A DNA stretch of 64,000 bases from Octopus vulgaris. Taxonomy: Eukaryota. Under the pieces are notes generated by a model. The model saw only the letters and a list, made by a program, of their open reading frames with translations. It did not search any database and had not been told where the DNA came from. A program made the translations under genes and the position numbers. The stretch spans positions 140,430,001-140,494,000 of the forward strand of contig OX597816.1 in the NCBI GenBank assembly GCA_951406725.2, given 5' to 3'. Shown here one piece after another: positions 12,616 to 26,456 of the stretch. Numbering within the stretch: position 1 is the stretch's first letter; every line of letters starts with the position of its first letter.

Positions 12616-13219
12616 GTGTTGAAGCAAATAGGAGAAAAAGAACGCTTAGTAAGAGCATATATATTTTTTAATCGGTTGTAAAGTTACATAAGTGGCTCAA
12701 GATCTGTGAGTTTGTCATACAAGAGACTCTCGGCTCATTTTAAGTTAACCCTGTAACCTGTCCTTCTGGAGTTTCCCCACATGTGATCGATTTTTCTCAA
12801 ACAAAGTTAAACTAAACTGAATAAAGGATAAAGATATCTCGTTGTGACAGAGGAAACATGATAATATGCGATTAGCTGAACATACAAATCGGCTTTTGGC
12901 CAAGGTCAACAGAAAAGAACACCAGGGTGAAGGAGAAGGGTGAGCAAAAGTCTGTGTATGTAGAAGAAGGAAAAGAGAAAGAGAAAGAGAAAACGAGATG
13001 TTCTCTTTCGCATACCTGCGTGTAAAAACAATTTTTCTTGTTAATGAACAGACACTTCTACAGTGACAAAAAACATTATTATATATTCCCCAGATTAATG
13101 TAAATCCCATTTAATACACAACCTGTTCATTCTGATGCATAACTGTAGATTCCTTCGATACAATGTAAACAGAGATAACCAAAGAAGAAATAACAGCAAC
13201 TATCGAAATAGTGAGTCAT

Positions 13220-16200
13220 TGTTACACATTCATATCTATGTGTATACGTGTATCCCCACTCTTGGCACTATTTTATTAGTGAATAGTACAAACTGTGTGT
13301 AAAGTATATAATGTATTACTACGCTGAAGGTCGAGTCCGTGTAACATGTAAAGCAAATAAACACGTAACAATAACAATGGTTTTCATTTGGTTGTCTATC
13401 CCATTAGAACCCGAACTACACACAACATGGTGGCAGCGGTAAATAATTAATCGGGAACTGTGCCTTTACAACGAAACAGAAACACAACGAACGAGGAATA
13501 ACAAACGAAATATCGCTTCGTCTTCGGACAACAAACACGACGATCCAAGATGGCGACCCCCGTCGCCGTACAGATGAATCTACATCCGACTATGAACTGG
13601 GATTCTAGTGATGTCGTAGAAGCATTTAAAAAATTCAAACAAAAAACTCAACTAGCTTTCAAAAGTTTCCTGAAAGGCACAACTGACGATGAGAAGGTAA
13701 GCTATATCCTTCTATGGTCAGGTAATAAAGGAATAGACCTATTCAATAGCTGGGATATGTCAGAATCGGACTGCAATAACCCAGACACACTTCTTGAGAA
13801 ATTTGAAAGGCACCTAGAGCCCAGGTCGAACCATAGAATTCACAGATACGAATTCCAGGGCCTGAAACAAGACCCACAAGAAACAATTGACAATTTCCTG
13901 TCAAGACTGAAAAATATTGCAGAGAAATCAAATTCAAAGACAGGGAGGAGAGAATTGTAGACCAATTAATATGGGGGTGTGCCCACAAAGAAGTACAAAA
14001 ATCACTAATAGGTAAGGACGCTCTCCAGTTGGTAGAAGCAGTAGACACTGCAAGAGCATTCGAAGCCACTACCAAACAGATGGCCTCACTTAATTACGAA
14101 CAAGCTCACTTGGTAGCAGTGTAGATACTGTATCTAGGCACAGGACACATACCCACAAACAAAGAACATGCCAGTACTGTGGTACAGAGCATGAATTTAA
14201 TAACCGGAAAAAATGTCCTGCATTCGGTACACACTGCAAATGATGTGGAAAAATTAACCACTGGAAAAAAATGTGTAGATTAACAAAATCCCAGAAAGAC
14301 AAGCCCCAATTTTTAAAGAGGAGCAGAAATAGAAGAGATATACATGCACAACAACAGGAACAAAACACCCCAGAGGAGGAATTCTTGGTAGTCGGCATAA
14401 TAAATGTGCATGAGATGGGAAAGGACGACCGGAAGAAAGAAGATGAGGCATACACGACAATAAGAATTCAAAAGAAGGCCGGAAGGAAAAGAACAAACAT
14501 AGACTTAAGGCTGAAGATAGACACTGGGGCCCAGAGTGATATCTTGCCTGTCAGCTTATACAAGAAGATGTTCCCAGAAAATATGACAGAAGAGGATAGG
14601 GTCAGGAAAGGAATCCTCACACCAAGTGATGTGGTTCTCACTGCGTACGGAGGAACCAGGATTCCACAACTGGGTAAAACAACTATCACAGGGACACACA
14701 AAGTAAAAATAATTAAGTGTTCTTTTTATGTCACAAGAACAGAAGGGCCAGCAATTCTTGGACTCAATACCTGCAAAAAGTTAAATATTGTGTCGGTCAA
14801 TGGTGAAGTGAAAGCAGCTCCAAGCAGGATTGACAGTGATATGCCTATCAAAGACCGACCACCAATCACAAACAAACAGGAGATGGAAGGACTAAGCATA
14901 AAGGTCCACCACATTGTAAATGTGACAACCACAAAGCTTGCGGAAATCAAAGAGGAGACCAGCAAAGATGAAGAACATCAGCTCCTTACACAGATGGTGA
15001 TTCAGGGTGGCCAGAAAAGAGACATCAGGTACAGCCCCTAATTCGTGAATATTGGGCCATCCATAATGATATATCAGTGGAGGATGGAATCCTGATGGCT
15101 GGATCCCGAATAATTATACCCAAGTCAATGCAAGAAGAGATTCTTGACAAGATCCACCAAGGGCATCTCGGAATGGAAAAATGCAAGCTCCGAGCCAAGT
15201 CAGCAGTATATTGAGTAGGCATGTACAAATACATAGAAAAGAGAGTTTCTACATGCCACATCTGTCAAAAGTACGGAAACTCACAACAAAAGGAAGAAAT
15301 GATATCTAGTGACATCCCAAGAAGGCCATGGCAAACTATTGGAGTAGATCTGCTCACAGAGGGCCAAGAATGGTATTTGATAATGGCCTGCTACTACTCC
15401 AAATTTCCATTTGTGAGAAAAGTGAAAGACCTGACAGCCAAAACAATCACCACAGTAGCTCGAGGACTTCTAGCAGAGCAAGGAATACCAGAGCAGATCA
15501 TATGTGATAATGGAACCCAGTTCACATCACAAGAATTCAAAAAGCTTGCCGATGAGTATGGGTTCAATATTACAACTTCATCTCCACACTACCCCAAAGG
15601 CCATGGGTTTATAGAAAGACAGGTGCAGACAGTGAAGAGAACACTAGTCAAATGCCGAGAGACTAAGGAAGACCCTACGAGCGACACCACTGAGAGCTGA
15701 TATGAAATCCCCAGCAGAATTGCTGAATGGCAGGAAGTACAAAACTACCCTGCCAACTAAAATCCAACCTCCTATTGACCAGGAAGAGACAAGGGCAAAG
15801 CTAGCAGCCACTCAAGAACAATCACAGAGGTATTACAACAAACATGCACAATATTTACCTGAGATACTTGGAAGACAACATGTGCATACTTAAGATCCCA
15901 TAACTAAAACATGGATCCCAGCACAGGTTGTCAGTAGAGCTGAAACTCCAAGATCATATATAATAGAAACGGAATCTGGTAGGCAGCTGAGACGCAACAG
16001 GGCCCACATCCGCCCAACACCAGAGCTGTTGAGGACAACGTGTACTACACCTGCTGCATTAGTGACAACACCCACAGAATCATCACCCCAACGTGCACCA
16101 ACCACCTATCAGCAGTCCAACAACACACCTCAGACACCGGTGCGAAGCACAAGATCCACCAGATGGAGAAAGAACATTCTGCCACCGGTTCGATACCGTT

Positions 16201-16594
16201 AAAGAAAAAAAAGAAAATGAAAAGAGAAGTATCTAATTCAGCTAGACTACAAAGCAGAGGCAGAATAATCTCACGACCTCTGCTGTAGGATTGCCACCTC
16301 AGGCTGACAATCCATAGAGCAAGGGAGACTACTCATAATTGTCTTCACTGCCAAAAGACCCCTTTATTTTTTTTCAAGAAGAAGGAATGTTACACATTCA
16401 TATCTATGTGTATACGTGCATCCCACTCTTGGCACTATTTTGTTAGTGAATAGTACAAACTGTGTGTAAAGTGTATAACGTATTACTACACTGAAGGTCG
16501 AGTCCGTGTAACATGTAAAGCAAATAAACACGTAACAATAACAATGGTTTTCATTTGGTTGTCTATCCCATTAGAACCCAAACTACACACAACA
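13220..16594 (+). mobile_element. Ty3/Gypsy (Mag-like) LTR retrotransposon with internal deletion (no RT/RNase H); LTRs 13220-13427 and 16388-16594
   Basis: TG...CA LTRs of 208/207 bp; 5-bp TSD gtcat (13215-13219, 16595-16599); PBS TGGTGGCAGCGGT 13428-13440 complementary to a tRNA-Leu 3' end; PPT 16376-16387; gag from 13550 with Zn knuckles; protease IDTGA; integrase HQGH..CHIC and GVDL/DNG/ER motifs; several stops and frameshifts. Confidence 0.95.
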
Positions 16595-17397
16595 GTCATG
16601 TCCCTTGGGAGACTAATGCAAGAGTAACTGTCTTATAACAATCCACTGCAATTGAAAAACAACGGCGAAACTGTATTCTTATATCGGCTCAATAGAGATC
16701 CCAATTAAAAGCCAACCATATCAACACATCAACTCTTTCAAGCAAGTCACAAAGAAAACACTACATGGCTTTTGCAGCACATTTGACAAAAAGAAAAATA
16801 TGTTGTATGTACGAGGACTATGTAGACCTCAGTTATACTGAAACATTGTATAAACAGGGAAGATGGGTCTGTTGATCACATCTCGTCGTTCGTCCGACTA
16901 CATAAGACTACTGAATCAAGCCTGACTCGGCACCACACACAAAAAGTGTTCAGGAAATGTGTCTACAGGAAATGTGGATCTGAGTCCTTCAGACTGCATT
17001 CGGCTTTTCTATCTAAAAGGAATTATTCAGTGCAATATTTACGTACTGTTATTCCTAACATTGTGTATGCCTCGAGGTGTATTATTCCATGTACACATAC
17101 ACACACGCACACGCATGTACACATACACACACACAAACACACGCACACACACACACACACACACACATGACAGAAGTAAATATACGCCCTTATAATCATT
17201 AAAATATATTTAAATCTGAAATTATACATTCAAATTATTTATTAATTATTATAATGTGAATATCTAATATTTAGTAGATATGCCCTTTTCATTTTTCAGT
17301 GCAAGGATTCTATAAAGCATGCTACTGATCAGATGACGAATATTCTTTTAGGGAATTTCCTGTCAAGTTTCATGCAATTTCAGTAATGAGGCAAAAC

Positions 17398-17790
17398 GCA
17401 AGACACACGTGTGGAAAAGCTAAAGTTAGAAAATAAAACAGGAAATAATAGCTCAAAGGAAAGACATAAATAGCGTGAGAAAAACAAAACAAAAGCGAGA
17501 AATCCACATTTGGCTCATAAACTATGTCAAATTTATGGCCACTCTCTAAAACAAGAACTATTGTTTTGAAATTCGCTTCTTCCTAAACTTATTCACGTGT
17601 TTCGCACGCGACAAAAGCAAACATAATTTGCAATTGATAATAAAATAAGCAATAAATAAATTAATAAATAAGAAGAGAGACTAAAGGAAAGGTAAAATCG
17701 AGTTCCATATAAATATCATCGATTTTTACAGAAACATCATTCGAGAAACGAACTTTGACTTGAAACAAATTAATCAGAGGTGAGTGAAGA
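17398..17790 (+). promoter_or_regulatory. E-box module upstream of tyrosinase copy 2
   Basis: Identical to 1290-1680; CACGTG at 17594-17599. Confidence 0.45.
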
Positions 17791-18893
17791 ACAGTTTCTA
17801 GTTATATTTCCTTTACAGTGATTCTTTTTTTTTTTTTGGTGGGGGGAGACAAAGGTCGTTTCGCTTTTTGCTTTTTTGTTGTTTTTGATTTTTACCTGGA
17901 AGCTTATAATTTTCATCAATCGGAATCATAGTTTACACACTGTAGTGAAGTGAACCGCTATGAACGGAGAACTCTAGTTTGAAACATGGTATCTACGTGA
18001 CATTTCTAGAAACTTAAGAGAAATTGAAATAACAAACGACTTACATCTAAATTTTACAATGAAGAAATTATCTTTCTCTCTTCTTCGTGGATAGGCAAGA
18101 ACACAGAGCATTAGATTTCACAATTTTTGCGTTAAGTCAAACTTAACGATTTACTTCTTTTTGAGACATCTAACCGTTGACCAGTGATGACAGTATACGA
18201 ATAGCCAGTCCATTGACTGGCATGACAAATTGTTGCAGCAAGTTCAAGTAAATTGGACCACTCACAGTACCATAAAACAAAAATGGTCAAATTAATCATA
18301 CTATAAACCCTAATAAATTAACATGCTTTTCTATAAAATGCAGATTCTCAGATCCGCAGTAAGTGCAATCGTGACACTTAATTACGCCAATTAATTTAAA
18401 TGTAACATCATCACTCAGGACAATTTTGTAGGAAAGTGTGCATCTTCTACGCATCTTGGCAAGTGTCACTCACAAAACAACACATTTCGGCCCGAATCGG
18501 CTTCAATGAGAGCATGACAGCGCTTCAAAATGCGATGAACACTCGGTTTTGAAATTTCTATTGAACTCTAGCAATACGTTTTGAGTACACTATCGTGCTT
18601 TGTGTCCGCGGTCTTCTGGAACGTTTCTTGTGGACATTCTGAGCAGTTTTATCTGCTTCAGACTTATCTCTAATTCGAGGGACAGTACATCGTGTTTGAA
18701 ACTCTCTACTAAACTGTCTTTGCATATTGGATTGAGTTTTACAAACTTTCAGTTGCACTTTAGAGTAAATTTCCTTTTTTCAAGGCTTAGTCTGGTTCCT
18801 TTCATAATTTCAAAGCTTTAAATCTCAAAAGAAATGAAAATTAGGTGAGCTTTCAGGTGTTGAAGTGTGTATACATTTTGAGACATGCTACAA

Positions 18894-18940
<47 letters not shown>

Positions 18941-18992
18941 ACATATGTGTGTATCTATTTATACTTCTAATCTTTATTTGCAGAAAACCATA

Positions 18993-20187
18993 ATGAAGTA
19001 TTTAATCTTGATTCTAACGCTGACCGTGACCGTTGTTTGTGCAGATGATTTTAACATAATAAAATCATTCACAAAATGTTACAAGAATTTCAAAACCAAT
19101 GCTTTTGAATCGAACAAGAGGCAGGAGTGGCAGAAATACTGTTTGGATAACAACCCTTATGTTCGGAAACGTTTTGGAGGTTGGGTTAACCAAATTCCAA
19201 ACATTCATGACTATAATAATATGGGAGATGGTCCAAAGCCTATTAGGTCAAAGCAGGTCAGAAAGGAATATAGAATGCTCACTACAAAAGAGAGAAACGA
19301 TTTCCATCACGCCATTAATCTATTAAAACAAGATACGGTAAGTTCTTTAGTTGATATCAGTTAATTAGCAAATTTAATCAACAATTTTTACTGTACTTTA
19401 TTACAAATTCAGCAAATTTATTAATTTTCTTACACATGAAATTCGACAGTATGTGACCTCATGCAATGTCCCAATGGTGTTGGTAACCTAAGTAAGGCGC
19501 AACATTTGTAATAAAATAGTAATCAATTATAGAGTTTAATTGTTGCTACAGCCGACGATATTGGAGCTAAAGTAAGGCGGCGAGCTGGAAGAAACGTTAG
19601 CACGCCGGGCGAAATGCGTAGCCGTATTTCGTCTGTTCTGAGTTCAAATTCCTCCGAGGTCGACTTTGCCTTTCATCCTTTCGGGGTCGATAAATTAAGT
19701 ACCAGTTAAGCACTGGGGTCGATGTAATCGACTTAATCCGTTTGTCTGTCCTTGGTTGTCCCCTCTGTGTTTAGCCCCTTGTGGGTAGTAAAGAAATATG
19801 TATTTCGTCTATCTTTAAGTTCTGAGCTCAAATTCCGCCGAGGTCGACTTTGCCTTTCATCCTTTCGGAGTCGAAAAATTAAGCACCAGTTGAGTACTGG
19901 GGTCAATCTAATCGACTTTCCCATTCCCCCATTATTTCGGGCCTTGTACCTAGAGAAGAAAAGGATATTGAAGCTAGAGTAAGGCGGCGAGCTGGCAAAA
20001 ACGTTAGCACGCCGGGCGATGCTTAGCGGTATTTCGTATATCTTTACGTTCTGAGTTTAAATTCCGGCGAGATCGACTTTGCCTTTCGTCCTTTCGTGGT
20101 CGATAAATTAAGTATCATTCGCGTACTGGCCCCCTCCCCAATAAATTTGGGCCTTCTGCCTACAGCAGAAAAGGATTTTGTAGCTAA

Positions 20188-20222
<35 letters not shown>

Positions 20223-20515
20223 CTTTATAATAACTAATAATGGTCACTTTTTTTTATTTAGAGGTTGAAACCAAATGTTTATGATGCGATCGCCTTCCTC
20301 CATTCTGGTCCCACGGTTATAAACGCTCACGCTGGCCCATCTTTTTTAGCTTGGCACAGAATCTACCTTAACATGTAAGTATTTTCTTCCACACGTAAGA
20401 ATTACTTTTGAACATTATTTATATTTGTTTTTATACCGTATTCTTCGAATATTTTAATACTTCATAAATCTTAGATCGATAATATATATGTTTATATATG
20501 TACACATGCACACGC

Positions 20516-20592
<77 letters not shown>

Positions 20593-23500
20593 TATTAGTA
20601 TGTATTTATATAGGTATATATGTATGTATGTATGCATGCATGTATGTAAGTATAATACACCCTAATGACTAAGCCACACGTCTTCACAGAAAAGTCCAGT
20701 GGTTACTAATATAAGAATCGAACTCTTTGCTTATTCTTACTTGTCAAATAAGTTCGATGATTTCCTAGAAAATTTTTAACGAGTTCCTTCATATTCATAT
20801 GAGATGGGAACGGGAAGAAATATACGGCCTCAACATTTAGGATTAACATCTAGCGTTTAGAGACCCAAAGAGCAAGGAAGACTTCAAATTAAGTTTCTAG
20901 ATTATGTCAATCACAGAGCATTTTGTTCATCTTACACTCAAACATTAGAGCAAGATTACATTTTCTTTACTGATTCTAATGATACGGAGTCATCCATAGT
21001 GCCCCCATAATCATAATCACCACTTTAGTTTAATCATATACTCGATCTTTTTCATCATTATCACCACTACCATCTCATCATCGCCATCATCATCATCATC
21101 ATCATCGCCATCATCATTATCAGCAGCAGCAGCAGCAGCAGCATCGTCATCATCTTCGCTTTATTTATTGTATAATTTTTCTTTTTTTTTTCTTTTCATT
21201 TCCTCAGGATGGAAGAAGCTCTTAATACAAAGATGCCAGGAATAACAATTCCGTATTGGGATCCAACACTTGACAGCTCTCTTGATGATCCTCGAGATTC
21301 CATTATCTGGACGGATAAATTCTTGGGAAATATTAATGGAATTGTTAATTGTGGTCCGTTTGCTAACTGGAGCACACCAGCTGGGCCTCTGATAAGGAAT
21401 GGTGGTTTTATTAGTAACTTACCAACTAATCGCGACATAGAAAATATTCTGAGCCGATGGAGACTTGCAGATATCACCGAACCAAATGCGATTATTAAAT
21501 ACAATTTGGAATTTCACCACAATTCTATGCACAATTTTATTGGAGGACATTTAGGTCAACCAGAAACCTCTCCCATGGATCCAGTTTTCTGGCTAATCCA
21601 CAGCTATATAGATCTTCTTATGAATCGTTTCAATGAGAACCAAAAGAAGCACAATGTCGATCCTGCAACAGATTATCCATTAAATTATGGTTTACCAGTT
21701 TATGGTCCTGATCAAAAAATTGTTCTGAAGAATATAACAATCAGAGAAGCATTAAAACAAGCTCAATCTTCTAATTATGTTCCTCTATATGACTACGCTA
21801 TACTGGAGATGCCATGTTACGAAAATTCAAATTTTCTTCCTTCTCCATATCTAACTTGCCACAAGGGAAGATATCAGACGAAAACTAGAAAATCAGCTGG
21901 TTGCAATGCTCTTATTCCCTATCAGAATATGTTTTGTATTAACCGTAATTGTGATCTAAAAGAATGGGCATTTATTCCAGTTGAAGTAATTTACGAACGA
22001 CCTTTCGAAACGATGAAATTTGGAAATTTCCCGATCAGAAATGGCATACCAGATTTACTGACTGATCTATACGACAATAATATACCCCAAAATATCTCAT
22101 CTAGTAACTCTACTTGCCGAAGTAAAAAGTGTTGTGGCCCCGCGGGAAGAGTCAGTGTGCAAGCCAGTGGCATCAATTATTTTGGTAACTATGAAGAAAT
22201 GGTGATAGTTGATCGTAGATTAGCTGTGTCATCGGATATAGCCTACATTGGTATCAGAAGACCTACAACAAACTTCAGTCTGGTATTTACGACAGTTTCA
22301 GAACAATGTGGAAGAATATGTCGTCCTTCTTGCTTAGTGCCGGGTTCAAATCCACCGAGGTACACAGAATGTATAGGTCTGTTGAACTTAACTCACAATG
22401 ATGCTCATTTCTACGGCAATACTCTGGCAGAAGCTTACATGAAAGTGTGGGATTATAAAAACCAGATACGACCGAAAGTAAGACACGAGAATATACCAAT
22501 CGTATACCATTGTGATGACAGCCTGTGGCCATTTAACAACACCGACTATACAACAACAACACCATCATCTTGGACAACAGCGTCAACACGTACACGAACC
22601 ACAACTACTACTACCACTACTACAACTCCAACAACTACAACACCAACAACTACAACACCAACAACAACAAGTTGGGTATGGAGAACAACAACACCAACAA
22701 CAAGATGGGAGTGGAAAACAACGACAAGTAGTGGTGATAGTAATATCTGTAAGTATTTCATTTATCCACTCCTTTAATGAATGCATGTCTGTTTACGATA
22801 TATATATGTATCATATACAATACAGGATTTTATATAATTTATTACAAAATCTGTTGATTCACTTATTTTTTCTTCTCAACAAGAGCCCACGCCTGTTACT
22901 TATTTCCTTCCAAGTATTTTACATCAATAATCTCAACATATAACTAAGTGGTTGAGAGGCAGAGGCAGAGGCAGTAGAGCGAAAGATTAAATGTCTTGTA
23001 TTTAATAATGTATCTTTACTTTCTAAATTCAAATTCTCTTTGGATCAACTTTGGGTTTCACCATTCCGGTGCAGATAAAATAAGACCTGTGCCACGTGTC
23101 TAAAGTTTCATTTATAAGCTAAAGTCATTGAAAAGAAGAAATGTTAAACCAATAATGGCAGATAAAAATGTGTGTCGATGCTAGAAATCATTATGTAATC
23201 AGTATTACAGCTATGCATATCCTTAAAGCAAAACTAAGGAACACGATTCCCCTACTTTTCTTATTTATAATATATGTTTCTGATTTATAGCATTATCACA
23301 TTCTAATTCGCAACATCCCTATAATCTTAATTACGAAGTTCCTGAAATTAGTTTCATGAACCTCAATATTTTCGTGCATATTATTATCAACGAGAAAAGC
23401 AATAATTAATATATTTATGCTTCATGTGATATTATATGAACCTTCTAAACTAGTTTGCAAGCATTCTTCACTATGGATGATGAAGCTAAAATTTGAAACA

Positions 23501-23912
23501 TCGTTTATTCGGCTATAGGTTCACTTCAAAATGAAATACATGTGCATTTTAATATATATTGGAAAAAATACTAAAATATACCCCACTCACCCATCTTTTT
23601 TGTACCATTAAATCACTCCATAATGTTTCCTTAAATTACATCTGATAAATTCATACAAGATATAACATTTTTGCATCTCGTTTTTCTTTTTTCATTCCAG
23701 TTTGTAAAGTCGATAACTCTTGTGTAATCCCATCGAGATGTAGCTGTTCATACATGGAAAAGAAACCTTGCATGCAACTGTGCTCCCGATACGCCATATG
23801 TATTTACGGACAATATTTCGTTTTAAATTGCGGTTCTGGATTTAGATACAACCACCAACTGAAGCAGTGTGTTCGAGGATACTGCTCACACAGATACTTA
23901 TCAAAGATATAG
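18993..23912 (+). CDS. Secreted tyrosinase / Thr-rich / chitin-binding protein, copy 2; join(18993..19337,20262..20374,21208..22748,23701..23912), 736 aa
   Basis: Same splice sites and motifs as copy 1; 2211 nt open frame. Differs by a 12-aa shorter Thr/Pro repeat and the two synonymous substitutions I could see. Confidence 0.93.
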
Positions 23913-25168
23913 ATTTCACACAAAATTACCGTTAATAATACCGTCACTTTCACATCCAACATTTGCTGTTAATATCAGAAATGTTGTTAGTCTTATTTAT
24001 ACGAAACCTATCGTCTATTATTTAAATTAGTTGTTGTGTTTTTGTACTAAGTAACCAACAACAAATACATTAGTTTAGCTGTGCTAAACTGCCTTATAAT
24101 CACCATAACCCCAAAATGATATATTATTTAATATTTATGTCAAGTTGTCACCACATCCGGTTTTGAGTGAGGTTAATGACTACATTACACATACACACAT
24201 ACTTTGTATGTGTCTATATATACATGTATGTATACACATACACATCCATCCATCCATCCATCCATCCATACATACATACATACATACATACATACATACA
24301 TACATACATACATACATACATACATACATACATACATACATACTTGCATATACATATGCATACTCACATGTGGTACATATTTATCTATTCATTCTCCTTG
24401 ATGTTGACGATGATCATAGTTTATTTCTAAACTGTCGTTATTTTTATGACGAAATGCTGTGATCTGTAACAGAAGATCATTGATGCTGATCTTCGAAAAT
24501 TATATTAACATTACATTCATACATATTTCACCCATTTTTCGTTCTGACGATGTAGCTCCATATCTTTAAAATCCATCCATTTCTTTGAGAAAGGCATTAA
24601 AGATGCATCTTCATATTTACCAATGATATCACACCACCACCACCACCGCAGAAATATTTGGGCATCAGGCCTCTTTTTCACTGACAATAAGAGCTATATA
24701 TTTTAAACTATATAACTTTATGTTACGAACGATGATAATTGTACTTGTTATAAATAATATCCCTTTGTTGTAAATGTCATATGTGATTATTGTTAAATAA
24801 TAAATTATTTATTTCACGAATTATTTGCCTTATTGTTTATACTTACTTCACCGAATCTCATAAAGCAGACTTTGCGCCGATATAAAAAAATGTTATTGTT
24901 ATCGTGTAAGAGAAGTTACTGTATAGTTTCACGTTTTTAATAGTTTACGACGTGGTTATTTCGCCTAGAAAGCTTTATTTAATCCCAGATCAGTCTTGAT
25001 CAAACTGATTAGGGATTAAACAATAACAAGCACTGTATATTACTAATTGAATCATCACATAAAAGACTTGATGTGCAACAAATTCCGAATAGATGTTAAA
25101 AGGTTCAGGCAACAAGCTCAGTAACAAAAGTGATTGAAATGATTGTATGAATAACTCCGGGGTGCATA

Positions 25169-26456
25169 CGAGGGGCGTTCAATAAGTAATGCCCCTGACC
25201 CACTTCCCATAGCAGTAGAGCAACGAAACTTGGCACAGTTATTAGTCTTTTTCTTCATAGGAACCACCCAGAGTTACGCATTTCTCCCATCGTTTGATGC
25301 ACCTCTGGAGACCGTTTTTGTAGAAGAACCCAGCTTGGTCCTCCAACCTCAACGTGACTTCAGAAATCAAGGCTGCATCATCTGGGAAACGCTTTCCTTT
25401 CAATAACAACTTCATGATTGGGAAGAGGTTAAAATCAGAGGGTGCAAGGTCAGGAAAGTATGGGAGATGGGGAGGAGTTCAAAGCCATACGCCTGTGCTT
25501 CTGATCTGGCGACAAGCGAGTTGTGGACCGGAGCGTTGTCCTGCAGGAGGAGGATGCTTTTGCTGATCTTGCCCTGCCTCTTGATTTTGATAACTTCTCT
25601 TAATTTCCTCAAAACTGAAGCATAATATGCTCCTTTAATTGTGGTACCATTTGCCAGGAAATCTGTCATCACTACTCCGTCCTGGTCCCAGAAGACTGTG
25701 AGCATGACCTTGCCAGCGGAGGGCTGCACCCTTGCCTTCTTTGGAGGGGGTGAGTCACGGTGCTTCCACTGCATTGACTGGGCTTTGGTCTCTGGATCAT
25801 CGTGATGGACCCAGGTTTCATCCTGTGTAATCAGTCTTTTGAAAAATTTTGACTCATCTTCTTGGCACATCTCCAAATTCACCCTCGAGCATTCGACGCG
25901 TTCTTGCTTCTGGAAAGGCGTGAGCAACCTGGGAATCCATCTGGCAGACACCTTTTGCATATGCAAATGGTCATGAATGATAGTTTCCACAGACCCGGTA
26001 CTAATCTTGACCTCATGGGCTATTTGGCGAATAATTATGCGTCGATCTTCCAAAATGGCAGCCTCAACTTGACGGACAGATGCCTCATCAATGGCAGAAG
26101 GGAGCGACCAGATCTGGGAGCTGTTTCCACAGAGTTCCGACCATGTTTGAATTCACGATGCCAGCGTTTTACAAGGTCATATGATGGGGCATCATCATAA
26201 GTTACTTTCATTTCATCAAAAGTATCCCGTGGTGTGCGTCCTTTCAAATACAAAAACCGGATCACTGCTCGACACTCAACAGGCTCCATTTCACAATTGA
26301 CTCGGTTCAAACACCTGTAAAGCAGAAACCACAATTAATTCAGAGCTGTAATTTGCCACTTACTCTATAGAGATATAAATGATTGCACATGCAAAATTTC
26401 AGCTAGATCAAACAATTGCAAGTGGGTCAGAGGCATTACTTATTGAACGTCCCTCG
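25169..26456 (-). mobile_element. Full-length (1288 bp) mariner transposon with frameshifted transposase (~26289 to 25242)
   Basis: ~37-bp TIRs cgaggggcgttcaataagtaatgcccctgacccactt with 2 mismatches; TA duplications at 25167 and 26457; WIPRLL, DETW, QDNAPVH and YFPDLAPSDF motifs (DD34D); empty TA site at 9104-9105 in copy 1. Confidence 0.96.
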
